A DNA stretch of 63,614 nucleotides, the filler included, from Collodictyon triciliatum (Eukaryota): assembly GCA_043381765.1 (NCBI GenBank). It is 44 parts of 44 records of this genome, joined end to end, with 100 filler letters (N's around TTAATTAATTAA, not from the genome) between each part and the next. Parts side by side here need not be neighbours in the genome. Positions count along the whole stretch, not along the records: positions 10,173 to 11,524 come from JBHJMP010011334.1; positions 11,625 to 12,976 come from JBHJMP010011335.1; positions 13,077 to 14,428 come from JBHJMP010011336.1; positions 14,529 to 15,880 come from JBHJMP010011337.1; positions 15,981 to 17,331 come from JBHJMP010011338.1; positions 17,432 to 18,781 come from JBHJMP010011339.1; positions 18,882 to 20,231 come from JBHJMP010011340.1; positions 20,332 to 21,681 come from JBHJMP010011341.1; 36 more parts are not named here. One strand, given 5' to 3'. Under the pieces are notes generated by a model. The model was not told where the DNA came from, ran no database searches, and saw only the letters and a list, made by a program, of their open reading frames with translations. The stretch's first letter is position 1. Every line of letters starts with the position of its first letter. Shown piece by piece: positions 10,310 through 22,019 of the stretch. The translations under genes and the position numbers were made by a program.

Positions 10310-11399
10310 CAGTGGATGTCTGCTCTCCAGCCTCACCCAAAAATTGCTCCTGAATGGCCGCCGTGTAATGTGAATCGTAGACAACTTCAACATCACTAAG
10401 AAACCACCGACCAAGAAACTGGCGATAGTTCGCAAGTCCCTTCGCTATGTGAGCATAAGGATCGGAAGAGGGACGAGAGCAGATATTATGCAACTCTTCC
10501 ATTTCATACCGACGTGCAAGGTTCGAAAAGAGAGACACTCGAGCAGGCTCGCTTGACACTGTGATGTAGTCATTTACATTCAAATATCCCGTATAAACGA
10601 AGGAAAGAAAGTCCATCCACAACTCCGGCGTAATATCGGGGTCATCTAGCACAATTTCTGGGTGAAGAGTGGCAGGGTTATCCCTAAACATCCTCAAAAA
10701 GAACGGACTTGCCGCTGCGAGAACAAGACGATGCGCAGGAATTCGAGCTGTTCCGATGACAAAAGTCAGGTCACTAGTGTCCTGGTTCCCCAGCATGCGA
10801 TGCAGATTGGCATGGGGCGATAACAAAGCGTTTGGTGGCGTTGGACGAAACCCCGAAACCACGCGGATATCGCGAAGATACACGGGTGTGTTCCACGCGG
10901 TGACAGCAACAAAGCGGACGTTCGGAAGAGGCTCAGAATCTGTCCAGCGCATAAACTCGTGTGTGCCCGGCTCACCTTTGCCCACCGTGATGACGCCATC
11001 GTACAGATTGATCCAGTAGCGCTCGAAGCGAAGCCTGGATGAAATCACAGAGTCGGGCTGCGTGCGCTTCTGGGCACATGTCTGCTGCTGTCCTCGCTTG
11101 CGAATCGCAGACTTTGTGTTGAGCCAGCCTCCAATCACGACCTCGTAGCATGTTGCGCCTTGCGTCTGCCCGTCTTGTGAGACAAACGTCCCGTCCATTC
11201 GATCGTTCAGGCCGATGGTGATGTCGTTTTCGGCCTTGGCTTCAAAGAGGACACAGCCGCGGCCCGTCTGTCGGAGATGAAGCTCGGAGTCCTGTAGAAA
11301 CATGTAGCGGCCCCACCAGTCCACTCGCAGCGTGTTTGCGTCGGCCTCTGAGTCTCGGTCTCCAGCACTCGGCGCTGTGTTCGCCCCGGCTTTGCTCAT
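10310..11399 (-). CDS. Farnesoic-acid-O-methyltransferase-like domain + BTB/POZ protein, first exon
   Basis: FEAKAENDITIGL, YEVVIGGWLNTKSAIRK, FERYWI and ITVGKG (FAMT-like domain); SDLTFVIG..IPAHRLVLAAASPFF...FLSFVYTG (BTB); a second BTB begins at FLSDVEVV. Confidence 0.85.
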
Positions 11400-11430
11400 T
11401 CCGCTTCTGTTGGATTGGATTAAAAATCCT

Positions 11431-11524
<94 letters not shown>

Positions 11525-11624
11525 NNNNNNNNNNNNNNNNNNNNNNNNNNNNNNNNNNNNNNNNNNNNTTAATTAATTAANNNNNNNNNNNNNNNNNNNN
11601 NNNNNNNNNNNNNNNNNNNNNNNN

Positions 11625-12976
11625 CGTCTGTGCAAAACAAGCCCAGAGCCCACAAACAAGGCCAAAGGCAACACGCGTCGTCCTCTAATGCCAGAGGGAG
11701 AAATCGTGACAAGACATCCGTGGATTTTATTTTTTTTTTATTCTTCCTTCCAACTTTTGTGCAGGACCGAGGGAAGACATCCGTGGATGAAGTGCTCGAA
11801 GTCTCAGTCAAGACAAAGGTTCAGGAACCTCCCAAAATCAAGAAATGGATATCGAAATGATGAACGAATCACCAGGCGGTTTGTCTGAAAGTGCATCAAG
11901 TTCACCAGTGAACACAGAGGAAGCAGTATCAATAATGGAATGGCTCCAAGGAAGTGGAGGAAACATCGCAAGCACCCAAGATTCCAACCTCCTCAAGCCG
12001 ATGATATCTCACCAAGCTCTCCTTTAAACCATGGAGAGGACGCCGAGGAAAGGAAACCCAAGCCAACTCGGTAACAGAATCGGGAAACAGCATAATGGCA
12101 CCCAGCAAACCACACCCGCCTGCCTCCTTAGAGGGCATGGCTCCTGGGACCACTCAAGAGACTCTTTCTTCAGCAGGTACTGCGCAATCCATAAGCGACG
12201 TCCCAGACTCGGGATTGGAAGAACAACAGTCCATCCAACCTGTCGTCATAGAAGGTTCTGCTGAAGAAGAAAGTGAGCACCTTGAAGCTTCAGGAACAAC
12301 GAATTACTCCTCAAGTACTGTTTATGGGACCAGACCTACTGTCGAAACTCTTGCGACTCCCCAGCGAGAAACGGCTTCCAAAAAAGAAAAAGAAACTTAG
12401 ACGAATAAAAAACACCGGTTACTCATCCTGCAATCACTGGCGCACCAAAAATTATCGAAACCGTCGAAGATAAAGCCTCGCCCGATGAAAAGAGAATGAA
12501 TCAATCAAGTACACCACCGAATATAGCGAGCCAGAAAGCAAATCAGAATGAAAGTAGAGACATGGGTGGCTCTGCCTACCGCGTGGATGAGGGAGAAAAA
12601 TTGGAACCGAGGGTTTCTAGTGACCGACAGAGTGCATCTCCCAACACACCAGCTACAAAGGGGGTGCAGCCAAAAGCCCAAGACCATACGACAAATCCTG
12701 GCCGAACTGCGAGCAATTATAACACCGGCCAAATGAAGGATACCTCGAGTAAACCATCCCACTCTGAGCAACACAGCTTCAGCGGAGAGGGCCAATCACC
12801 GGAGGCTACGGCCTCCAAAAGCCAATAGGTTATTCATGCGTTTTAACGTTATGTCATGGAACGTTAGGGGGATTAACGACTCCAAAAAAGAAAAGAGGCC
12901 CTAAACACTGCTCTTTTCTCTCATGCAGATATCATCTGCCTCCAAAAAACATGGCTCAGCCATGACAATCTAACCA
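11625..12976 (+). mobile_element. Non-LTR retrotransposon: degenerate ORF1 tail plus start of the ORF2 AP endonuclease
   Basis: After a disordered, frameshifted ORF1-like region ending at TAG 12828, ATG 12836 gives MRFNVMSWNVRGIN. After a frameshift it continues HADIICLQKTWL, the SWNVRG and DIIxLQET motifs of LINE endonucleases. Confidence 0.8.
11711..11788 (-). mobile_element. 48-nt A-tailed insertion flanked by a 15-bp target-site duplication
   Basis: AAGACATCCGTGGAT occurs at 11711-11725 and 11774-11788. The insert reads CCCTCGGTCCTGCACAAAAGTTGGAAGGAAGAAT plus an A-rich tail on the minus strand. Confidence 0.7.
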
Positions 12977-13688
12977 NNNNNNNNNNNNNNNNNNNNNNNN
13001 NNNNNNNNNNNNNNNNNNNNTTAATTAATTAANNNNNNNNNNNNNNNNNNNNNNNNNNNNNNNNNNNNNNNNNNNNAATAAAAAAGAAATAAAAAAGAAA
13101 TAAAAAAGAAATAAAAAAGAAATAAAAAAGAAATAAAAAAGAAATAAAAAAGAAATAAAAAAGAAATAAAAAGAAAAAGAAAAAAGATAATTAAAAAGGA
13201 GAAACAAGGAATAGAAAAGCCATGGAGTGGAATAATATATACGGAGATCTTTTCCCATCCTGTTGTGATCAGCCAGCTAATCACCACTCGCTGATCTGAT
13301 TGTGGACTTCCCATCCCGGCAAGTACATCTCGAATCTATTTCCATAAATGATATGAATACGCAGAGAGCGCTCTAAGCCGCAAGACCATAAACCCTTTTT
13401 GACATAAATAGTTTTATGCTAGCGATATCCGTTTCAACATGATGACAAGGGATAGCAGATAAGAAGTGGGCAAGGGAAAGCAGTTAATAACGGTGATTGT
13501 TGCTATTGTTTTTGACCAAAGGAAGTGTTTGGTGCAGTATCTTAACCCAGAGAACCGGGCTCATAGCCGAGACTATTGTACTTGGAATGGCATAAGAAAT
13601 GACAGAAAGGAGACAGACAAGAGGACAAGGAAAATAACATCACGGGGAGATAGAGCAGGAATTATCAACAACGAGGCCCTGGGATTCT

Positions 13689-14271
13689 CTAGAAATCTTT
13701 GAAGAGAGCTTGAAAGGGATCCATTTGGGGGTATGAATGTTCGTCCGGGGGCCGCGGATACTTTTCAAAATTGGTCGTGTCTCCTTCGCTGGTGACAGTG
13801 GGCCGTATTGGCGCAGCGAGTTCTCTGAAGGTTGAAACTTGGTTCATCAGTCTTTTGACTAAGATTACTGAAGAAATCTAGATGCAACCAGATATTGGAA
13901 GAAAAAAAAAAGAGCATGATTATTAGAAATTACTTTTTAATCAAGGAGTCCCATTCAAAATCACGGAACCATTTGTGCGTCTTCAAATCGTCAGCACCAC
14001 CCTATCCAACAGTGAATAAAAGGTTGTTAAAAAAGCAATCATGAATGAAGATGAGCCTTTTATGCACAATAATACCCGTAATGTAAACATAAAACTTAAA
14101 CAAATAAAGAAAATCCCACAATCACAAGCCTTATTTATTGAAAAGTATTCGAGAGCGTGACTCAGCTAACAAATGAGATTCTACCTTCAGATTTCCAAGT
14201 CGCTTTGTTCTATCTGCCGTTAGTAATCTTTTTATCAAATCCTTTGAATTGGGGTCTGCATGGCTGGGGAA
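13689..14271 (-). CDS. pkaC: cAMP-dependent protein kinase catalytic subunit, last three exons
   Basis: FPSHADPNSKDLIKRLLTADRTKRLGNLK | GGADDLKTHKWFRDFEWDSLIK | ELAAPIRPTVTSEGDTTNFEKY...DPFQALFKDF*, the AGC C-tail ending in FxxF that is typical of PKA. Confidence 0.88.
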
Positions 14272-14358
14272 CTATTTGATTCTTCCGTTATTATGTTATG
14301 AAGATGAAGGATAAAGGATGTTTGTGATTAATAATTTTCTGGAAATGGTTTTGTGTAC

Positions 14359-14409
<51 letters not shown>

Positions 14410-14751
14410 AAAAAATAAAAAAAAAAAANNNNNNNNNNNNNNNNNNNNNNNNNNNNNNNNNNNNNNNNNNNNTTAATTAATTAANNNNNNNNNNNNNNNN
14501 NNNNNNNNNNNNNNNNNNNNNNNNNNNNAACTATACCCCCCACCGGCAATATTACAAAGTCTCACCTCCAAAAAAAAAAAAAAAAAGCAAGATACCCATC
14601 CACACAGAACGTTGAGCAGCGAGTACCAAAACAATGACGGCGACGACCAGCAAGCGGACAAAGACACAGAGCACCACGACTAAGAATGGGGCCTGGGTAG
14701 GAGACTCGGACCGAACTGAAGCAACTGCTCCGTCTCGGAATCTCCACAGTA

Positions 14752-15798
14752 TTGACAAATCTGCTGCTGACTCTACTGCCCACTGCGGACCAGATGATGG
14801 TGGGGCACCAAACAAGAATGAGCTGGCAGCAGCAGCGCTGGGCAACACATGTTTCAAATTGTCGTGATTCTTTTGCGTCAGCGTGGGCACCTATCTCGAC
14901 ACTCTGGGGACATGATGCAGCCATTGCACGGCTGACGGGCGACTACTGCCTCTGGCTGATTCCCGGGGTGTCGTTTCTCGTTGTGTCCACGGTCCTGCAG
15001 GAGCACCAGCAGGCGCAAGGCCGTATGGTTCCGTGTCTGGCCCTGGGCCTTGCTGCCAACCTCTTCAACATCCTAGCAAACTATGCGCTCATTTGCACTG
15101 CGGAACTCGGGCCCAAAGGCACAGCCATGGCGACGTTTCTGACGCGCACGATGCTCAGAGCGGGCTTTGCCTGGTGGTTGTGACAGATGGATGTATGCGG
15201 CGAGGCAGCAGCCGGAGTCATGGCTGCGCTGGAGGTCTCGAGCTTCCAAGGAGCCGCGGTTCTGGCCGAGGCAGCGGGTGACATTGTTGCGCTGGATGCC
15301 CACGTCATCCTCCTGACCGTCTGCATCCTGCTCTACGTGGCGCTGGCCATCTGCGGGGCTGTCCTTGTTGGACTTGTGCTGCTGCCCTTCGTTGCGACCC
15401 AATCCATCTTGCGCGTGCCTATGTGCCTGCAGCCTTCACCAGCGACAAACGGCCGCCCTCGTCCCAGTCGGCGCCCTCTTCCACATTGCCGATGAGCTGC
15501 AAGGCATCGCGGTCTGGGCCGTCACTGTCTGGTTGCTGTCTGGTATCTTCTCGGCTACTCGCTCGTCACCATGCCTCTGACGGCACTCCTGGCCTTACGC
15601 CTCCCTTTTCTGCTCGACCTCTGCATCGGCCTAGTCGGCATCTTGTGGGCACTCTTTGCCGTCGCATTAGCCCCCACGGACAGGCGCGCTTGCGCCCGCG
15701 GCGCTCCTACTTATCTCCTCCAGGACGTCTGCATCAGTGCGCAGCTATCCGTCCTAGTCGATGACTCTTTGGTAGGCCTAAAGTCGCAAAAATGGTGA
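14752..15798 (+). pseudogene. MATE-family efflux transporter, intronless, with frameshifts, stops and internal deletions
   Basis: Motifs are spread over several frames: MMVGH, LAAAALGN, LDTL, YCLWLIPG, QAQGRMVP, ANLFNILANYALI, LGPKGTAMAT and VALDAHVIL. Confidence 0.8.
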
Positions 15799-16966
15799 GG
15801 TCTTCTATTCTCTTCTTCCTCCTCCTGCTCTGTTATCGATACCAATACAAATATATGTTCCGGTCTGTGCTCTCTGGGGTNNNNNNNNNNNNNNNNNNNN
15901 NNNNNNNNNNNNNNNNNNNNNNNNTTAATTAATTAANNNNNNNNNNNNNNNNNNNNNNNNNNNNNNNNNNNNNNNNNNNNTATGTTTTTATGTTTTTATG
16001 TTTTTATGTTTTTATGTTTTTATGTTTTTATGTTTTTATGTTTTTATGTTTTTATGTTTTTATGTTTTTATGTTTTTTATCGTGGGCGGATATGAGCGAG
16101 AACCTACCAGGAGGCAGCGCATGGTGAAGCAAGGCGGAAAGATCCCTGGGAGCAGCATAGTTAACATATGTCACGATAATTTTATTTGAGAGCTTTAGAC
16201 ATACGTCCTTCTCACACTAGAAAGAGCAAAGAAGCTCAGTAAATAGTCCGGACGATCACCAAGTAGAGTGTGGGAGACGAAAATGAAAAGGCTGGGAGAA
16301 TAAGACTTGAAAAGAAGCTCTTTTTTCTTTCTTTTTCCGACTCAATTTTTAACTTGTGGACAGTATTTTCATCATTTTTTTCTTCAACAAACGGTTGCGC
16401 CCTGGCTTCATGTGGGTCCGACTCTGCGAGACGCGGCACTCCGAAGCGTTTGATTTTCTCCAAGTCGTCCGAGCGACGTTCGATCCTGCCTTCTCCATCG
16501 CCCAGTCGATTCTGATTCATCTCTTGATCAACAGCGCCTCCTTGGACTGCACCAATTTTGGTTAGTGATTTAAATAAATTAATTTGGTAGTCGAGCTTTA
16601 TTTGATTGTCAGTGGAAGTCTCTTTATGCAGATAATGTTTCGTATAGTTGAATGGAATGGCATCTTCTTCGGTGGTGATGACCACATGGGTGGCATTCGA
16701 TATACTCGACTTGACCTGTCGATTAATAGGGTCTCCAATTTTTATAAAAGTAACTCATAATTACATATGATTTTCTCTCACGTCCGATCCACCGGATAAA
16801 TTCTTTAATATGTGTTGAAATCTAAATATAATATAAATTCCAGATATGAAATTTTCAAAAGGAAAAGACGCAACAAGGGTGTTTATATGGTGCCCAAAAG
16901 CAAATGAGGCCCAAGAAACCACCTTGTAAAACCGAGGTCTATGAACCAATCAAAAGGGTATATTAA

Positions 16967-17331
16967 CGTCAAAAGCGAGGATTCTGCTCAAAGTTTACCA
17001 CACTCATCAAGAAGCTACACGACAATACCACAACTAGGGTTCTGACTGCACACAGCCCTACTGACATAATCCAGAGACAAAGCGGCGTCTACCAAGGATG
17101 CCCTCTGGCCTCACTTCTCCTTAACTTTGTCGCCGACTGCCTTGCAATCCACTTCAGAAACAACAACAAAATCCGCAACCAATTCCTCCTGCAATATGCC
17201 GACGATACAGCCTTCATCCTTCGCTCCCCTGAAGGCGCTATCCTGGCAAATAAGTGCATGCAAGAATACACACTTGCAGTCGGAGGTAAAATCAACTTCA
17301 ACAAAACAGACGGTGTCCTATTCGGCCTACA
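16967..17331 (+). mobile_element. Non-LTR retrotransposon reverse transcriptase fragment (apparently 5'-truncated)
   Basis: Stop-free frame RGFCSKFTTLIKKLH...SGVYQGCPLASLLLNFVADCL...LQYADDTAF...GGKINFNKT, containing the QGxPLS-like, YADD and G.kiN..Kt motifs. It is missing from the ORF track. Confidence 0.92.
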
Positions 17332-17628
17332 NNNNNNNNNNNNNNNNNNNNNNNNNNNNNNNNNNNNNNNNNNNNTTAATTAATTAANNNNNNNNNNNNN
17401 NNNNNNNNNNNNNNNNNNNNNNNNNNNNNNNAAGTAATGGTTATTTCTTTTTAGCATATAAGATTCTCCTGTGGGTTGATGAAGATTTTTTTAATATGTT
17501 CTTCAAACTATCCTCGTTGATATTCTTAATTTTTCAATACCGCTTTCATAGTATTTCTTTTTCTTTATTTACTGAGTAAGTGCTATCTGATACAAGTAAT
17601 TTATTTACTATTCGACCTATAATTTCAG

Positions 17629-18711
17629 ATATTGCTACAAGAGATATAAAAACCCTTTACTTCCCTTGTGTTGGTTTAAGGACGTCGAAAGAGTCTATTA
17701 TGGCAAACTTCGGACAAGAGCCATTTGTATTCGATTTTGAGGGATATGTAGAGGTATTGATGTTTGTTTCATAATTGGTAAACTCGTAATAGTCAATCCT
17801 CATATCAACATTTTGATACAAGAGATTAATAGCATCGACATGTTTCACTCGCACTCCCTTCAGATGCATATGTATTCTCGATATTTATATTTTCAAAGCT
17901 GAAGTGTACCCGTTCATTTATCTTTTCCTAATCTTTCATGTGTGTTGAACTTGCTACTATGTGTATATTCCAGTCTGCTTCGTGGTCGTATAATTGCTCT
18001 TCCATTAGGAACAAAGAAGCCAAATACGGTCAAAAATAAAATGTGCTCAGCTGGAAAGAGGGCATGAAATCACATCTATGTTGGTAATTGACTACCTGGC
18101 GCATAATTGCTTCAGGTAATTAATAGTAAGCGAGGATGCATCGATATAATATGACATTTCAAAACTACTTCATTATGAAATACAAGTTCAAAGTGCAAGA
18201 AAATTTGGTCTTCAAAGAGCGTTATGTTAAATACAATCAAAACAGTTATTTTAAAATTTCACACATATTGTATTTTATTAAAATCAAAGGATAACGACAT
18301 CGTCGTAAAATAGTTTTTAATATTTCCCTTTTACAAATATCTTAACCTGAAAACACCACCTTAACATCAGAGAGCTATACCAAATTTCAGATAAAAATTA
18401 TTATCAAAATTATATTACCTCTTTCGCGTAGCAAAACGTTGGAAAGGCTGAGTAAAGATACTGGTAAATATGATTTGTTAAAAAGCCAAATCGAGTCCTC
18501 GATGATGAGGAAACGTAAGATTTTTTTCTGGGATTTGATTATAATAAGAAGGTTTTTTTTGAAGAATAGATGCCAACATCCTTACTATAATGGTTCATAT
18601 ACAATAGAAATTATTGAAAGCGTAATGGATGGAGATTATGAGCGTACCATATCCATGATAAATAGTCAATATCCAAATCTTCTGGAGGAGCAGAAAATTG
18701 TGCTCTTCATG
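17629..18711 (+). CDS. RanBP9/10 (Gid1)-like SPRY-LisH-CTLH protein, partial and multi-exon
   Basis: LYFPCVGLRT...ANFGQEPFVFDFEGY (end of SPRY), MLVIDYLAHNCFSKT (LisH) and IIESVMDGDYERTISMINSQYPNLL (CTLH). One internal exon is not resolved. Confidence 0.8.
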
Positions 18712-19148
18712 GTTTGTATTTTCTCCACTGGAGAAACCTTATTGTTTTGAATAAACAAAAAGCCAAAAAATAACAAAAAAANNNNNNNNNNNNNNNNNNN
18801 NNNNNNNNNNNNNNNNNNNNNNNNNTTAATTAATTAANNNNNNNNNNNNNNNNNNNNNNNNNNNNNNNNNNNNNNNNNNNNAAGGAAGCACAAGCACACA
18901 AGTTCTGCACAAGTCGTCTTCTCTGAAAAATCCGCCGGCCTTTGCGGGATATTTAACGTCGTCTTGTCGAAATCCTTGCTCCTCTTTTCTTATTCACAAA
19001 GTACTTTCTGATCTCTGTGTGCATAACCCACCGTCTGACTCGAGTAGTTCCGTCCTGTGTGATTGTGAAGTCCACTCATAAAACAAACAAATGATGTGTT
19101 TGTATTGACACCCAGCCAGTCTACAATATACAGACGGAATCTGTCCAG

Positions 19149-20231
19149 ATGTCCGACTATCTCACACCTGCCCAAGTGGATGCGCTTTTGGAAGAAGTCT
19201 GGAGACTCACTGAATTTCGAGAACCCGATATTGCCACTCTAAAAAGCTCCACATATCTGGGTCTCGGTTACAAGAATCTGTCATCTGTGCCGCCTGGTGT
19301 TTTTTTGTTGACTGGTCTGAAACGATTGGGTCTTCGTGGCAATAAGCTGTCATCGGTACCTGCACAAATATCGTGTTTGACTGGTCTCACATATCTTGAT
19401 GTTGGTGATAATAACCTGTCGTCACTACCTGCACAAATATCGTGTTTGACTGGTCTTATAAAACTTTATGTTAATGGAAATCAGCTGTCGTCACTACCTG
19501 CACAAATATCGTGTTTGACTGGTCTCATAGAACTTTCTGTTCGTGACAATCAGCTGTCGTCACTACCTGCACAAATATCGTGTTTGACTGGTCTCACATT
19601 ACTTTCTGTTCGTGGCAATCCAGTATGATTTTATTCATATATTATATTACTATTTGTGTTTAAAAGAAAATGACTGACAACGACACACGCAGATGGAGGA
19701 GCTTCCAGCACAGATCACAGCGCTCACAAATCTAAAGAAACTCTACATCGAATGGGAGGGCCGACAAACCATAAAGAGAGCCCCGCGTGGCATCTCAAAT
19801 CTCCCCTGCTGGAACAACACAGAGAAACCTTATTCTAGAATGACACTGAACTTTGCCGACGCCCTCAGAAAGCTGCAGCTCTACGACCCCGTAAGCACAC
19901 ATCCACCCCCAACCCCCACATACACAACACAGGACACAACTAACATAACTCTAGGTCGACACCACCGAAGAAGCCAGAACCTAACAGACTTACCTGACAC
20001 CCACCCACTCCACTTACACAGGTTGCAGCCAGTCCCAACATCCAGTCCGGCATCTACGCCGCCCCAACCGGCCGCCTAGCCCGCGGCAAATACGCAGATC
20101 TCCTGACAACAGACTTCGAGAAGAAAGAGAACGTCCTGGGTAAGGGCGGCTTCGGGATGGTCTTCAAGGTGCAGCTGAACGCAGGCCTCTTCGCCGTGAA
20201 GCTTGTTGGGAACGCGTCTCTGCTCACCGCC
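19149..20231 (+). CDS. Cytosolic LRR-protein kinase paralogue/allele with 7 LRRs; exons 19149-19622, 19693-19890, 20022->20231
   Basis: Upstream region, introns and kinase start are closely similar to those of 9002-10072, but there are three extra 69-nt LRR modules. Confidence 0.88.
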
Positions 20232-21375
20232 NNNNNNNNNNNNNNNNNNNNNNNNNNNNNNNNNNNNNNNNNNNNTTAATTAATTAANNNNNNNNNNNNN
20301 NNNNNNNNNNNNNNNNNNNNNNNNNNNNNNNTATTTTATTCTATTTTATTCTATTTTATTCTATTTTATTCTATTTTATTCTATTTTATTCTATTTTATT
20401 CTATTTTATTCTATTTTATTCTATTTTATTGTCATTAAACTATGCATCGGTTATGCAAAGACTTGTGTCCATCGCCGATATCATCGTAATGAAATTCCCC
20501 TTGAAATGTTCATTTACCTCTTCGTTAGGTTCAGAGTTCGTGAAATTGGTTTTTTCAATAGTGATATCACTGGGAACGCAAGCACAGGTACCTGGTTTTT
20601 AATTCCATCTTGTCAAGTGAAAATTATTGGATGCAATCCTTTTTTAGATAATTTTTTAGAAGGAAACAATTATTACGGGCGGATTGAAAAGAAAAATACG
20701 GATTCTAGATACACATGAAACAAACATCACCAAACCTGCAAATGTAGACGAGTTGGACAGGGAGCCTAGGCAACCCAAGCACCCACGATTGAAACATCCA
20801 ACACCTCACCACCAAACAGACTGATGTTCTTATAGAAAAATAGGAAAAGTAGAAGGCATAGAAAGGCGCGCAAATCAACTCGCTGTACAATATATAATTA
20901 AATAAATAAATAAAAAAAAAGCAAGCGTGTCTGTCACTGATTGCCAGTGAAAAGATGACAACATGCGCAATATATGAAATGATATATATTGTGTGGGAAA
21001 GGAAATGTAATTCAAACTCTTTTAATATTGACCAGCAATGTCTTCGCAATTATCCCTGACTTTTGAATAACGCACGCGCAAGAATTTTTTAGAGGGTCAT
21101 GTCATTACTGCAACACACTTCTTTGCTATTGTCGCTAACTTAATGGGCTTAATATTTTCACTTATCGATGTTGTGGCGCTGCCTCTACGGCTTCAAGTAG
21201 ATATGTTTATCAGGCTTCTATCGTATTATGGAATAAAGCAGAACAAAAAAAAATCAGGAAAGAGTAAATCTGCATCTTTGTACTGAGCTTTTGACAGGTT
21301 TTCCCACCACAGAACGGCTTATAAAAAAGAGAGAGAAAAGGAAAGGACACCACAACCCACACAAAAATAAAGACC

Positions 21376-21448
21376 TGCCGAAACTCGGGATCGAACCAAG
21401 GACATCAAGATCTTCAGTCTTACGCTCTTCCAACTGAGCTATTTCGGC
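21376..21448 (-). tRNA. tRNA-Phe(GAA)
   Basis: GCCGAAATAGCTCAGTTGGAAGAGCGTAAGACTGAAGATCTTGATGTCCTTGGTTCGATCCCGAGTTTCGGCA folds into a full cloverleaf with anticodon loop CTGAAGA and T-loop TTCGATC. Confidence 0.97.
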
Positions 21449-22019
21449 TGTTCTTGTTTATTTACATCAATAATGGATCATAGTTGTATAAATTTAATTT
21501 CCTTTTCCTTTTCCTTTTCCTTTTACTTTTCATTTTCCTTCTCTATTCTTTTTTTCTATTCATTTCCCTCTTCTTTTTTCTTTTCTCTTTTCTTTTTTTC
21601 TTTTTTTCTTTTTTTCTTTTTTTCTTTTTTTCTTTTTTTCTTTTTTTCTTTTTTTCTTTTTTTCTTTTTTTCTTTTTTTCTNNNNNNNNNNNNNNNNNNN
21701 NNNNNNNNNNNNNNNNNNNNNNNNNTTAATTAATTAANNNNNNNNNNNNNNNNNNNNNNNNNNNNNNNNNNNNNNNNNNNNTTAAAGGCGGGCGGCTTCG
21801 GCAACCGCTCGCCTCGCATGCACGACACAATTTTTTTGCCACAGCCGGTCGGTCGCCAAGCAGTATCGAGTCTCGAGTCGAGTCAACCTGCAACTGTCGT
21901 CTGTAACACGCAACCACTCGCACAAGCAACGCAACGTGGACTCACGAGCACACCTGCACCCACGAGCACGCTCACACACACGTACACACATGAAGTCCGC
22001 TTCACGCGCAAGACCCACG

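Noticed and set aside
16400-16720. Possible BRCT-domain exons on the minus strand (THVV...TKHYL; IRIDW)
   Set aside because: The motif match is weak, there is an in-frame TGA, and I could not build a consistent splice model.
16967-19622. RT next to a hypervariable LRR gene as a diversity-generating retroelement
   Set aside because: They are on different contigs ordered only by length. The RT has LINE-type motifs, and no template repeat is visible.
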